Assembly (NCBI GenBank): GCA_963842445.1
Contig: CAWJHF010000009.1
Span: 20,217 to 84,216, forward strand
DNA: 64,000 nucleotides
Origin: an uncultured Verrucomicrobiae bacterium
GTDB lineage: Bacteria; Verrucomicrobiota; Verrucomicrobiia; Limisphaerales; UBA11358
Reading direction: 5' to 3'
This document shows positions 9,469 through 19,077 of the stretch, one piece after another. Each line of letters begins with the position of its first letter. Position 1 is the stretch's first letter. Both the position numbers and the translations under genes were made by a program. The notes beneath the pieces are model-generated. The model did not search any database and was not told where the DNA came from. It was given only the letters and a program-made list of their open reading frames with translations.

Positions 9469-10206
9469 TCAAGCCCGAGCGCCAGGCCCGGGCGCGGACA
9501 TTGCCTGCAAGAGCCCCCGCACATCATTCCTCAGAAGCCAATCGCAAAGTTGGATGTCTGCCGGTTCGTCAATGTCGATGGCCTGAATCCATGAGATTGG
9601 AAAAAAGCGATGTCCCGGTCCGTAGAATGTTCCCGAAGACCGCAACGCTGGCACAGAGGCAATCCAAATTGCGCCACTGGGAGCATAAAGTTTGGGGAGG
9701 TCTTGGGAACGGATCTCAAGCGCCTTGGGGTTGAGGTATTTGGGCTGGTTCTGCGCGTCCATCTGAAATGCCCACCATGGTTTGGTTGGACCAAAATCCG
9801 CACAACTAAGCAGAAAGGACGCCTTGCTTTGCTCGAACGTTTTAAGCTGCGCGCGGATCAAATCTCCGGTCCTCAACGGACAACTCGGCATAAGCAGTAT
9901 GAGGGCATCGTAGGATTCGACCCAATGCTCTTCGGCCTGTTTCAATGCTGTCAGGCCGGCCTCGCTGGCGCCAGCCTGATCGTCATTGGCGGCGTTGCGC
10001 AAAAACGGGGCCTCGGCGCCATGAACGATGGCGATCTTTGCCGTTTCGGGGTCATCGGTTGAAACAAGCACCCGCCCGCAAACGTTGGAAGCGAGCGCCG
10101 CTTCCACCGACCAAGCCAATAACGGCTTGCCGCCAACCGGATGGATGTTCTTCTTCGGAATCCGACGGGAGCCGCCGCGAGCGATGATGACGCAAAGGGT
10201 CTTCAT
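9469..10206 (-). CDS. pseF: CMP-nonulosonic acid cytidylyltransferase (PseF/NeuA family)
   Basis: ORF 9469..10455; real start MKTLCVIIARGGSRRIPKKN at 10206. This forms an ATGA overlap with the upstream gene stop (10203-10205). Confidence 0.85.
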   Translation of the reverse strand: MKTLCVIIARGGSRRIPKKNIHPVGGKPLLAWSVEAALASNVCGRVLVSTDDPETAKIAIVHGAEAPFLRNAANDDQAGASEAGLTALKQAEEHWVESYDALILLMPSCPLRTGDLIRAQLKTFEQSKASFLLSCADFGPTKPWWAFQMDAQNQPKYLNPKALEIRSQDLPKLYAPSGAIWIASVPALRSSGTFYGPGHRFFPISWIQAIDIDEPADIQLCDWLLRNDVRGLLQAMSAPGPGARA

Positions 10207-11129
10207 GGTTGATCCATTTTCACGCACGCGGAACCTGCTTCCAATACGGCCACGACGCGCAGCAGATGTTCTCTGGGAATCACCAACCTCCGGGTGCGCA
10301 CCTGCTCCAGGAATGCGGCCAGTGCAGATCGAAAGGCGCGGAAGGAATCCTGAAAGACGGCGAGCTGTTCCCCCTGTTCGCCGATGTAATGAATGCGGAT
10401 CTCGCAGTTCGCCCGGCCGGTGGCGTGAAAGCACGTCACCGGACCGTTCCTCCATCGCGCGAAAAGATGCACCGCCCCCCGCTCTCGCCAGACGCGATGT
10501 TCCACTATTACTGCCGGTTCCGCAATGTACCGGAGGACGGGATCAACCAGATGCGCCGCATAAGTTTCCCATTTCATCGGCGTAACGGCATGGACGGCAC
10601 GCAGCTCGCCGATCCGGGTTCTTTGCCCGGCATCCAGGAGCAATTCCTCCGCGAAATATAATGCCGAACAGGAGAACAACTGCCACGGCTCGCGGGCTTC
10701 GTTCAACAGACGATCCGCCGCGGCCCGGGAGAGGGCCAGTGGTTTGTCAATGTAAACGGGAATCCCGGCGCGAAGAAAAGGCGAGGCAAAACGATGGTGA
10801 TTCCCGGCATCATCTCTCGCAAGCAGGAGACCGTCCACCTCGCCCAGCATGTCTTCAGGTTTGTGGCAGACGTGTGTGATCCTCGAAGCCGCCGCTACTT
10901 TGCGGGTGATGGCTTCATCCTGGGTCCAGACATGCGTGACCGTCACGTCTGTCAAAAAGTCAGCAGGATATTTCTGCCGGCTGAGATACTCCGGAATGAC
11001 GGGAAATCCGCACCCGGCCATGGCGACCGGATCGTAGCCGTTGCAAATTGCCGACCACGAGAACGGATGACCGTTCCCTTCGCTCAGGCCGATGATGCCA
11101 AGTTTCAGATGTTGATGCGCGTCTGCCAT
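10203..11129 (-). CDS. Gfo/Idh/MocA family oxidoreductase
   Basis: LKLGIIGLSEGNGHPFSW ... GIPVYIDKPLALS matches the N-terminal Rossmann fold and the EKP-like motif region of the family. Confidence 0.75.
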   Translation of the reverse strand: MADAHQHLKLGIIGLSEGNGHPFSWSAICNGYDPVAMAGCGFPVIPEYLSRQKYPADFLTDVTVTHVWTQDEAITRKVAAASRITHVCHKPEDMLGEVDGLLLARDDAGNHHRFASPFLRAGIPVYIDKPLALSRAAADRLLNEAREPWQLFSCSALYFAEELLLDAGQRTRIGELRAVHAVTPMKWETYAAHLVDPVLRYIAEPAVIVEHRVWRERGAVHLFARWRNGPVTCFHATGRANCEIRIHYIGEQGEQLAVFQDSFRAFRSALAAFLEQVRTRRLVIPREHLLRVVAVLEAGSACVKMDQP

Positions 11130-12025
11130 GTTCCGGGATTCAACAAATCCTTGTCGCTGATAGGTAACGGACTTCGATCAAAACTCTCCGGCAACGGTTG
11201 CAGGGAGAATTGGCACAACTCCTTGAGTTGCTCCGCAAGATTCACCCCGACCACAACCGCGTCCACCTCTTCCAAGTCCAGCGCGAATCTGAGCAATGCG
11301 TGGATCGGAGAGATGTTGACTTTCGCCAACCTGCGGTTCAATTCCGCAATAGCCGGGAGCAGACCTTCCATGCCTGCCGGCACTTCATCAGAGCCCAGCA
11401 GGAGTGCCCCCTGCAAGAACACCGAGCGTACGTGTATCTCAACACCCTTGTTCCGTAGCTCGTGGATTGTCCCGTCCCGCAGCAGGCGTTGGTCGGCCAG
11501 ATTAAGTGGAAGTTGAATGATCTCGAAAGGGAAGACTTTGGAAAGCTCGGTCACTTGATGCCGGTTGTAAACCGAGACGCCGATCTTGCCGACTTTCCCG
11601 GATTCTTTAAGGGCGTGGAGCGCTTCGGCCAGGTAATGGCCTCCCGGCTGCAAAAGGTTGTCGGGGTCGTGCACCAGAAGCGCGTAGCAGGATTCCGCCC
11701 GAAGATCGTCGCAGGAAAGCTGGTATGCCTGCTGCAGCAGCCTGCCGGTCTTCGGGAAGAAGGCCCCCTCCCGAAATTTCGGCGTCTTGGTGATGAATCT
11801 GGGCATCCATTCCGGGGGACGCAATGAACCCACCAGATGCTCGCTCTCTCCGTATTCGAATGCCGTGTCGAGAAAGTTCAGGCCACACGCGGCAGCACTT
11901 GAGAGGATTTCGGCTACCTCGGCTCGTGAAGGAGGCTTGTACGCCCTTTCGCGGATGCCATAGCGAAGACCCAATTGGACGGTACCCAAGGCGAGTTTGG
12001 CGTGTGCTTTCATGAATGGTCGCAA
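11105..12025 (-). CDS. aldo/keto reductase
   Basis: KLALGTVQLGLRYGI ... LNFLDTAFEYGESE ... IQLPLNL has the AKR (beta/alpha)8 signatures. Confidence 0.85.
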   Translation of the reverse strand: MRPFMKAHAKLALGTVQLGLRYGIRERAYKPPSRAEVAEILSSAAACGLNFLDTAFEYGESEHLVGSLRPPEWMPRFITKTPKFREGAFFPKTGRLLQQAYQLSCDDLRAESCYALLVHDPDNLLQPGGHYLAEALHALKESGKVGKIGVSVYNRHQVTELSKVFPFEIIQLPLNLADQRLLRDGTIHELRNKGVEIHVRSVFLQGALLLGSDEVPAGMEGLLPAIAELNRRLAKVNISPIHALLRFALDLEEVDAVVVGVNLAEQLKELCQFSLQPLPESFDRSPLPISDKDLLNPGTWQTRINI

Positions 12026-13305
12026 TCAATCCGGGGTCAGCTTCCGAACAGCCTCAATCACATATCTGACATCCCCGTCGCTCATGGCCGGATACAGCGG
12101 CAGACTGAGTGCGCGAGAATAGTATTCCTCGGCAACTGGACATTTGCCAGGTTTGTAGCCGTAAGTCTGCCGATACCACGGCTGCAAATGAACGGGGATG
12201 TATAAAACCTGGGTACCCACTCCCTTTTGCCTTAAGCCGGTCATGACCTCCGTTCGTGTCCTGCCGATGCTCTTGAAATCAATCTGCACGGTGTAAAGAT
12301 GCCACGATATCAGGTCGCGGTTTTTGGGATTGGTCAAACCCGGCGTGCGCAGCCACGACAAATCACCAAAGGCTTCATTATATTGCCGCACAATTTCGCG
12401 CCGGCGCGCAACGAACTGATCGAGACGCTTGAGTTGAGCAAGGCCCAGAGCGCATTGGATGTCAGTCAGTCTGTAGTTGTATCCCAGGTCCTGCATTTCG
12501 TAATACCAGGGACCTGCTCCGCGAGTTGAGGGTTGCCCGCCTTCACTTCGTTTCGGCGCGGTCGCGCCGAAGCATTCAGCGAAGGCGGAAGGGTTGAGGG
12601 TTGAGAGCCGGCATCCGGGCCGAGGCCCTGGAAGAGCGAAGGTTGCCTTACGATGCCATGCGAACGCAGGCGCCGCGCCTGTTCGGCCCAAACTTCATTG
12701 TCCGTCACCAGCATCCCGCCCTCGCCCGTGGTCATGGTCTTCACCGGGTGAAAACTGAAAACGGTCATGTCCGCCCAAGGATGCCCGCCCAGCTTCCAGG
12801 TTCGGCCCTCATGGACAAATCCGCCACCCACGCCGTGGCAGGCATCTTCGATGACTATCGCTCCGCGTTCACGCGCGAGCCTGGCAATGGAGGGCATGTC
12901 ACACGGTTGCCCGGCGTAATCCACAGCGACAACCGCTTTGACGTCCGGCTTCCACGCGCGCTCCAGCGCTGACGGGTTGAGATTGTAGCTCACCGGGTCC
13001 ATGTCCGCAAAATCCGGCGTGGCACCAACGAAGGCGGCGCAGTTGGCCGATGCCAGGAACGTGTTGGGCGAGGTGATGACGCGATCTCCACGCCCGATCC
13101 CGGCTGCCCGCATGGCCAGGTGCAAGGCGGAGGTCGCACTGTTGACGGCGACGGCATGACGGGCGCCAACTTTTTCCGCAAAGCGCCCTTCAAACTCTTC
13201 CACTTTGGGGCCACCGGTCAGATAGTCCGAGCGAAGGACATTGCAGACTGCTTCAATGTCCCCCTCGTTGATGCTCTGCCGGCCGTATGCGAGAACCTGG
13301 GGCAT
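12026..13305 (-). pseudogene. pseC: UDP-4-amino-4,6-dideoxy-N-acetyl-beta-L-altrosamine transaminase (DegT/PseC family), frame-disrupted
   Basis: The N-terminal 279-aa ORF (12466..13305) ends in junk after ...RLRSHGIVRQPSLFQGLGPDAGSQPST. The C-terminal part (GPWYYEMQDLGYNYRLTDIQCALG...) continues in another frame (12026..12691). Deleting the 68 nt at 12536-12603 restores one frame. Confidence 0.85.
12525..12603. mobile_element. 57-bp nested-palindrome insertion flanked by 11-bp direct repeats (MITE/REP-like) inside pseC
   Basis: The direct repeat gttgagggttg occurs at 12525-12535 and 12593-12603. The 57 nt between them contain ccgccttc...gaaggcgg and a central ttcggcgcg-gt-cgcgccgaa hairpin. 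Confidence 0.6.
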
Positions 13306-13320
13306 GGGAGAAAACGTGAA

Positions 13321-14343
13321 TCAAAGCGTGAACTTTGGATCAACGTGCCTGCGGATCAGCTCGCGAATCTGTGCCACACTCAACCATTCGGTGTTCGTTC
13401 CGCTGCTGTACCGGAAGCCATACTCACAGGGACGTCCGTTAAACGTCCGGCAGTAATCGTCCACATCCCATAAGCGGGTCGAGGGGAGGATGACAAAATG
13501 ACGCGCGAATTCAAGGGTGCTGAGGCCATCGGTTTCAGTGATCATTTCTTCGTGGAGTTTCTCGCCCGGCCGAATGCCAGTAATCACGCGCTTGCACTTG
13601 GGGCCGATGGCTTCCGCCACGTCGGTGATGCGGTAGCTGGGAATTTTCGGCACAAACAATTCACCGCCCCACATGTTTTGCAGGGCGTCGAGGACCAAAT
13701 CCACGCCTTCCTCCAGGGAAATATTGAACCGGGTCATGCGCTCATCCGTAATGGGCAGCACACCGGTTTTGCGCTTTGCCAGGAAGAATGGAATCACGCT
13801 GCCACGACTGCCCATCACATTGCCATAACGCACCACGGAAAGCTTGAGGTCGCGGTTTCCTCTGTAGTTGTTGGCGGCCACGAAAAGCTTGTCGGAACAG
13901 AGTTTGGTGGCGCCATACAGGTTGATGGGCGCCGCGGCCTTGTCAGTGCTCAACGCCACGACCCGCTTGACGCCGCTGTCCATGGCGGCGTCAATCACAT
14001 TTTGAGCGCCAAGGACGTTGGTTTTGATCGCCTCAAAAGGGTTGTACTCGGCGGCGGGTACCTGCTTCAGGGCCGCCGCGTGAACGACGGTGTCAATCGC
14101 TTCCATGGCGCGATTGAGCCGCGCCCTGTCCCGCACGTCACCAATGAAAAACCGGATGGAAGGGCATTGTTCAGCCGGATAAAGCTGGGCCATTTCGAAC
14201 TGCTTGAGTTCGTCCCGGGAGAAAACCACAACCCGGGCGACGCGCGGATACTTCCGGTAAATGGTTTCGATGAACTTCCTGCCAAAGGAACCGGTTCCGC
14301 CGGTGACGAGGATGTGGCAGCGGTTAAGATCAAGTGGTTTCAT
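13321..14343 (-). CDS. pseB: UDP-N-acetylglucosamine 4,6-dehydratase (inverting)
   Basis: ILVTGGTGSFGRKF ... VVFSRDELKQ ... resembles the PseB/FlaA1 short-chain dehydratase family. First gene of the minus-strand operon. Confidence 0.9.
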   Translation of the reverse strand: MKPLDLNRCHILVTGGTGSFGRKFIETIYRKYPRVARVVVFSRDELKQFEMAQLYPAEQCPSIRFFIGDVRDRARLNRAMEAIDTVVHAAALKQVPAAEYNPFEAIKTNVLGAQNVIDAAMDSGVKRVVALSTDKAAAPINLYGATKLCSDKLFVAANNYRGNRDLKLSVVRYGNVMGSRGSVIPFFLAKRKTGVLPITDERMTRFNISLEEGVDLVLDALQNMWGGELFVPKIPSYRITDVAEAIGPKCKRVITGIRPGEKLHEEMITETDGLSTLEFARHFVILPSTRLWDVDDYCRTFNGRPCEYGFRYSSGTNTEWLSVAQIRELIRRHVDPKFTL

Positions 14344-14590
14344 TGTTCAATCGGGCTGCAGACACTGCCAGCTCTGGCAAGGCCTGGATATTTCACGGGC
14401 TCTTCGCGACGGTTTGCACGGAGCAAGCCGTGCGGTATTGCCAATAGCGACCGCTTGGCTTCCTTCGTCGCGGGAAACCAGCCGTTGATCAACATTCACT
14501 TTGCAAGCCTGAACCACTGCTTTGGCTTGCGCAAGAAACATCTCTTCCCGGTGGTATATCAGTTTGAAGGCAGGCACAGCGCGCTGCGCT

Positions 14591-14684
14591 GTCCGGACGC
14601 CGCAGCGGCGCAAAAGGAAGGAGCCAAAGGCTGTTCCGCCCGCTGCACGCGGGCGGGGACGCCACCGCGCGGCGTCCCTACCAC
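14591..14684. repeat. cluster of GC hairpins including a GGGACGCC...GGCGTCCC REP-like unit
   Basis: Three hairpins: cgccg-cag-cggcg, ccgcccg-ctgca-cgggcgg, and gggacgcc-accgcgc-ggcgtccc followed by taccac. Related units at 30396-30459 and 51480-51532. Confidence 0.6.
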
Positions 14685-15023
14685 TGCAAACCGAGTCACT
14701 ACCCGGTTTCCCTTCCGCGGGTTCAAAGCGCACCCTGCGTGTGATGCCAAGCCAGTTCATTATATGACGGCCAACGTCCGCGCCATGCTAGCGGGATTCG
14801 TGTATCCAGCAAGGTTGAACGACATAAAGTTGAAATGCGGTCAACGGAGGTTTGCACGTTTGAGTCCCGAATACCAACGCGGCCGCCCGGAAACCGGAAA
14901 ATGAATTGAACGCCGACATCATCAATATCACCGCCGAAATCAGCCACCGCAAATCCAAATGCGCTTGCAGTCCGCCGCCGCTTTGCTTCCATTCCATGGT
15001 CGCGTTTCTGACGAAGGGAAAAT

Positions 15024-16616
15024 ATGCATTGCGTCATCGGTTCCGGTCCGGCGGGCGTCGCCTGCGCCAAGGCGCTGCTGGCGCGTGGCGCAAGCGTGCT
15101 GATGCTCGACGCCGGGCTCGAATTGGAATCCGACCGCGCCCAAATCGTCCGTCAATTTGCCGGCGCGAAACCTTCCACCTGGCAACGGGGCGACCGCGCC
15201 AGATTGAAAGGCGACATGGCCGCCGGCGCCAAAGGCATTCCGCTCAAGCTGGCCTTCGGCTCGGACTTTCCCTACCGCCAAACGGAAACGCATATTCCCT
15301 GGCGCGGCCCGGGCACCAGCGTGCGGCCGTCGCTGGCACTCGGCGGCCTCAGCAACGTCTGGGGCGCGGCCCTGCTGCCGTATCGCGACGCGGACATCGC
15401 CGGCTGGCCCGTCAAAAGCGCGCAATTGGAAAAACATTATCGCGCCGTGATTGAACTGACCGGGTTGTCCGCGCAACATGACGATTTGGAGGAATGGTTC
15501 CCGTTGCATTGCGACCATCCGCACATGCTCCAGCCCAGCCAGCAAGCCAGTTTGCTGCTCCATAATCTTAATCGCCATCGCGACGCCCTGCGCGAACGCG
15601 GCTGGCGGTTTGGCCGGGCGCGGGTGGCCGTGCGCGGCGCCGACAACCCCAAGGGCATCGGTTGTGTCTATTGCGGCTTTTGCATGTATGGCTGCCCTTT
15701 CGGCTGCATTTTCAACAGCGCCGACACCGTGCGCGAACTGCGCGCGGACAATCATTTCTCGTACCAACGCGACATCATTGTCACGTCCCTGCGCGAACTT
15801 TCCAACAAGGTCGCCATCGAAGGTTTCCACCGCCAGACGCGCGCCCCGCTTTCATTTGAAGCGAACCGGGCGTATCTGGCGGCGGGCGTCATTCCGACCG
15901 CGCAGATTCTTTTGCGCTCCCAGTCCGCCTACGACCACCCGTTGCGTCTGTGCGACAGCCAGTATTTTCTTTTCCCGCTCGTGCTGGCGCGCCGGACCCG
16001 GGATGTCCAGACCGAATCGCTCTACACCCTCAGCCAGGTTTTCATCGAACTTTGCCGTCCGCAGATCAGCCGCCACACCGTCCATCTGCAAATTTACACC
16101 TACAGCGATTTGATCGGGGAGGCGGTGCGGAAAACTTTCGGGCCGCTCGCGCGTCCGCTCGAAAGGCTGGCGCGGCAGCTTGAAGAACGCATGGCGGTGG
16201 TCCAAGGCTACCTGCATTCGGACGAGTCACGGACGATTGAAATGACGTTGAAACGCGACGGCGCAAAGGACTGTCTGCACTTGAACGCGCTGCCCAACCC
16301 CGAAACCCGGCGCACCGTCAAACGCGTCGTGCGTGAAATGCTCCGGCAATCGCGCCGGCTTGGCGGCATCGTTCTGCCGCCGATGCTGCAACTGGCCGAA
16401 CCCGGCCGCGGCTTTCACTGCGGCGGCTCGTTTCCCATGCGCGAAAATCCGCAGCCGTTCGAGAGCGATTGTCTCGGACGGCCGCACGGCTGGACGCGCG
16501 TTCACGCGGTGGACGCGACGGTTTTGCCGGGGGCGCCGGCGACCACGATCACTTTTTCCGTCATGGCCAACGCCCATCGCATCGGCTGGGAAACCGCCGG
16601 GGAAAAAACTGGGTGA
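15024..16616 (+). CDS. FAD-dependent oxidoreductase, GMC family-like
   Basis: N-terminal dinucleotide motif CVIGSGPAGVACA. Cys-rich GCVYCGFCMYGCPFGC segment. C-terminal ...VHAVDATVLPGAPATTITFSVMANAHRIG is typical of the GMC C-terminus. Confidence 0.75.
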   Translation: MHCVIGSGPAGVACAKALLARGASVLMLDAGLELESDRAQIVRQFAGAKPSTWQRGDRARLKGDMAAGAKGIPLKLAFGSDFPYRQTETHIPWRGPGTSVRPSLALGGLSNVWGAALLPYRDADIAGWPVKSAQLEKHYRAVIELTGLSAQHDDLEEWFPLHCDHPHMLQPSQQASLLLHNLNRHRDALRERGWRFGRARVAVRGADNPKGIGCVYCGFCMYGCPFGCIFNSADTVRELRADNHFSYQRDIIVTSLRELSNKVAIEGFHRQTRAPLSFEANRAYLAAGVIPTAQILLRSQSAYDHPLRLCDSQYFLFPLVLARRTRDVQTESLYTLSQVFIELCRPQISRHTVHLQIYTYSDLIGEAVRKTFGPLARPLERLARQLEERMAVVQGYLHSDESRTIEMTLKRDGAKDCLHLNALPNPETRRTVKRVVREMLRQSRRLGGIVLPPMLQLAEPGRGFHCGGSFPMRENPQPFESDCLGRPHGWTRVHAVDATVLPGAPATTITFSVMANAHRIGWETAGEKTG

Positions 16617-16689
16617 ATGGATTTATGGATTGCTGGATGAATGGTTTGCTTCCATCAATCCAATAATCCAATAATCCATCAATCCGATT
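16616..16689. repeat. imperfect palindrome made of inverted octamer arrays (CCAWYAAT units)
   Basis: Left arm aatggatttatggattgctggatgaatgg and right arm ccatcaat/ccaataat/ccaataat/ccatcaat/ccgattat. It fills the gap between the stop at 16614-16616 and the next start at 16690. Confidence 0.7.
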
Positions 16690-17553
16690 ATGAAGAATGT
16701 GTGCGCCATCACTGGCAGCCATGGCTACGTCGGCGGCTGCCTCAAAAATTATTTTGCGGCGCGCGGCTGGGAAATTTTGGAACTGACCCGCCAACCGGGA
16801 CCCGGCGCGCGCGCGGTGGCGTTCCAGCTCGGCGCGGAAATTTCCCCGCAGGCGCTGGCCGGGGCGGGCGCGCTCGTGCATTGCGCCTACGACTTCCAGC
16901 CGCTGCACTGGGAGGAAATCCGCGCGGTGAACGTGGACGGCACGCGAAAACTTTTTCAAGCCGCGCGCGCGGCGGGCATGGGACGCATCGTCTGCCTCTC
17001 TTCCATCAGCGCCTACGACGGCTGCCGCTCGCTTTACGGCAGGGCGAAACTGGAGATTGAGAAGATCGCACTGGACAACAGCGCGCTGGCGATTCGACCG
17101 GGGCTGGTTTACGGCAGCGGGCCGGGCGGGATGTTCGGAAAATTGGTCGCGCAAATCCGGAAATCCTCCATCATCCCGCTGATCGGCGACGGTTCGCAAA
17201 TCCAGTTTCTCGTCCACCACGAGGATTTGGCCGCGTTCGTGGAAAAAGCCGCCGCCGGAAAAATCAAAATGGCGCCGCGCATTTTGACGGCAGCGCACGA
17301 GCAGCCGTGGCCGTTCCGGCAACTGCTTTCAGAAATCGCGCGCAGGCTGGACAGGAAAGTAAAATTCATCCCGCTGCCGTGGCGGCTGGTCTGGGCCGGC
17401 TTGAAGATGGCGGAACTCTGCGGCCTGCGCCTGAATTTCCACAGCGACAGCGTGGTGAGCCTCATGCATCAAAACCCGAAACCGGATTTTTCACCCAACG
17501 CGGCGGCGGGTTTGATATGCCGTCCGTTTCAGGTTGAAAAACTGCGATTGTAA
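16690..17553 (+). CDS. NAD-dependent epimerase/dehydratase (SDR family)
   Basis: MKNVCAITGSHGYVGGCL matches the TGxxGxxG motif. Extended SDR size (287 aa). Confidence 0.8.
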   Translation: MKNVCAITGSHGYVGGCLKNYFAARGWEILELTRQPGPGARAVAFQLGAEISPQALAGAGALVHCAYDFQPLHWEEIRAVNVDGTRKLFQAARAAGMGRIVCLSSISAYDGCRSLYGRAKLEIEKIALDNSALAIRPGLVYGSGPGGMFGKLVAQIRKSSIIPLIGDGSQIQFLVHHEDLAAFVEKAAAGKIKMAPRILTAAHEQPWPFRQLLSEIARRLDRKVKFIPLPWRLVWAGLKMAELCGLRLNFHSDSVVSLMHQNPKPDFSPNAAAGLICRPFQVEKLRL

Positions 17554-17559
17554 CTGCGC

Positions 17560-19077
17560 TCAGTTCGCCGTGGCGCTGTGGCCGGGCAGGCGGCGATAAA
17601 CCGCCAGATTGTATTTCTCGTTGGTTTGTTGGCTGAAATGAGCCGGCAGCAGATAATCGAACAAGGCGATGTTGAATTTGTTTCCATTCAAATAGCTCTC
17701 GCCCGTGGCATACCACTCCCCTCCTATTTTCTCCTTTACGGTCGCATACGAATCGGGATTTATAATCAAACAGGTAATCGAGCCGGCTTCCTGCTTGTTG
17801 ATCACTTGAAAATACCAGGAATAGTAGGCTGTTACGTTCAGTTTGTGCAGTGGGTAAAATGCCTGATAATCGGCGATGACAACATCTGACGGATGGACTG
17901 CGGTTCGGACAAATGATTCCACCTTTGAATAATCCCGGTCTTTCAAATCCGTCAATGCGATTCCGAGGCGGGCACCCAGCCCGAAAGTGAAAACCACCAG
18001 AATCAGAGTGACGGCGAAAACCCGTTGGAAGGGGGCTTTGAAAATGTTGTCGGAGTGATCCAGCGCGCCGACGAGACAGACGGCCATGGGAATATAAGCC
18101 TGCCAGGAATGATAAATCTGATAAGTATAGGCCGACTGAGACACCGCCGGAATTACCAGAAATGTGCTGATTCCAAAAATGGCAAGCCGTCGGCCGGTTG
18201 CGTCCAGTCTGCCCCATTTGAAAAGAGTTGTTCCCAGGAGGCAAAGTAATAGAATTACGATTGTCGGATCGTGAAAAACCCTGCCGGGAAACGTGACCAG
18301 TTTTTGCTCCCACACTGGCGTTGTCTGGCCGGGGGGAAAATAACCTTGTGCGAGAAAAATTGCTTCATTTCGAAACGCGTGCCACAGGCCCAATTCACCA
18401 TAAAAAAAATAAAGCAGGCCATAACCAACAGCAAGACCCGCCGCAACACAACAAAGCTCCCAAAAGCATTTCCTGCCCAGGAACAAAAAAAGGAGGCACC
18501 CAAAAGCCACGGCAATTGGACCCAGAATGAGGGCGGTGGGAAGAAAAAGCGCGGTCGCAAGAACAATGGCCATGGTTCTCAACCCCCGCCGTTCGAGGGT
18601 GAAGGCCCAAAAACATGCCGCCGCCACCAAAACAATCGCTGAATCATAACGTGCGGAACGGTAGCTGAACACCACGCCGTCTCCGATGAACATTAATGCC
18701 GCCAGCATCGCCACCAGCATCGGATGGCGGATTAACTTTGACCGTTGAACTGCCAGACACAAAAATCCAACCGCACCGGACCAAAGCAGGTAGTCAAGAA
18801 CCCTGACCTGAAAAATTCCGAAACCGAACGCTTTGAACCATCCATAAATCAAAAGGGAGTAAAGCGGTGTGTTTCCCAACCAAAATTCTCCGAATTGTTG
18901 CAAAGGCGAGGTCGTGGAAGTAAAGCCATGTCCGAAGTAAAGATTTGCTGCCGGATCCACAAACAAGACTTCGTCCATCCAGACACTGGTGTACCAATCG
19001 TACGTCAAAGCATTCAGTGAAAAAAACCCCGCAACCACCCACAGCCACGGCGGAACTTTTTTGAGCATTGAAGTCAT
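17560..19077 (-). CDS. GT-C fold glycosyltransferase (ArnT/PMT_2-like polytopic membrane protein)
   Basis: ORF 17560..19128; start probably MTSMLKKVPPWLW (19077). Multi-TM protein with an early-loop acidic motif (VWMDEVLFVD) as in polyprenyl-phosphate-dependent GT-C enzymes. Confidence 0.65.
   Translation of the reverse strand: MTSMLKKVPPWLWVVAGFFSLNALTYDWYTSVWMDEVLFVDPAANLYFGHGFTSTTSPLQQFGEFWLGNTPLYSLLIYGWFKAFGFGIFQVRVLDYLLWSGAVGFLCLAVQRSKLIRHPMLVAMLAALMFIGDGVVFSYRSARYDSAIVLVAAACFWAFTLERRGLRTMAIVLATALFLPTALILGPIAVAFGCLLFLFLGRKCFWELCCVAAGLAVGYGLLYFFYGELGLWHAFRNEAIFLAQGYFPPGQTTPVWEQKLVTFPGRVFHDPTIVILLLCLLGTTLFKWGRLDATGRRLAIFGISTFLVIPAVSQSAYTYQIYHSWQAYIPMAVCLVGALDHSDNIFKAPFQRVFAVTLILVVFTFGLGARLGIALTDLKDRDYSKVESFVRTAVHPSDVVIADYQAFYPLHKLNVTAYYSWYFQVINKQEAGSITCLIINPDSYATVKEKIGGEWYATGESYLNGNKFNIALFDYLLPAHFSQQTNEKYNLAVYRRLPGHSATAN

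Noticed and set aside
12026-13305. Calling the two pseC pieces as two separate genes
   Set aside because: Together they make one collinear DegT/PseC protein once the 68-nt insertion is removed. Neither half is a complete fold.
13498-14904. 468-aa plus-strand ORF
   Set aside because: It is antisense to pseB, then runs through the non-coding gap and the REP-like hairpins. It has no domain-like sequence.
16616-16689. CRISPR-like array (also considered for the other heptamer arrays)
   Set aside because: The units are 7-8 nt, directly abutting and arranged as inverted arrays. There are no 25-40-nt repeats with unique spacers and no cas genes.
14940-17322. Minus-strand ORFs 14940..15830 and 16561..17322
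   Set aside because: They are antisense to the GMC oxidoreductase and SDR genes, which have clear cofactor motifs. The composition is low-complexity and Arg/Ala-rich.
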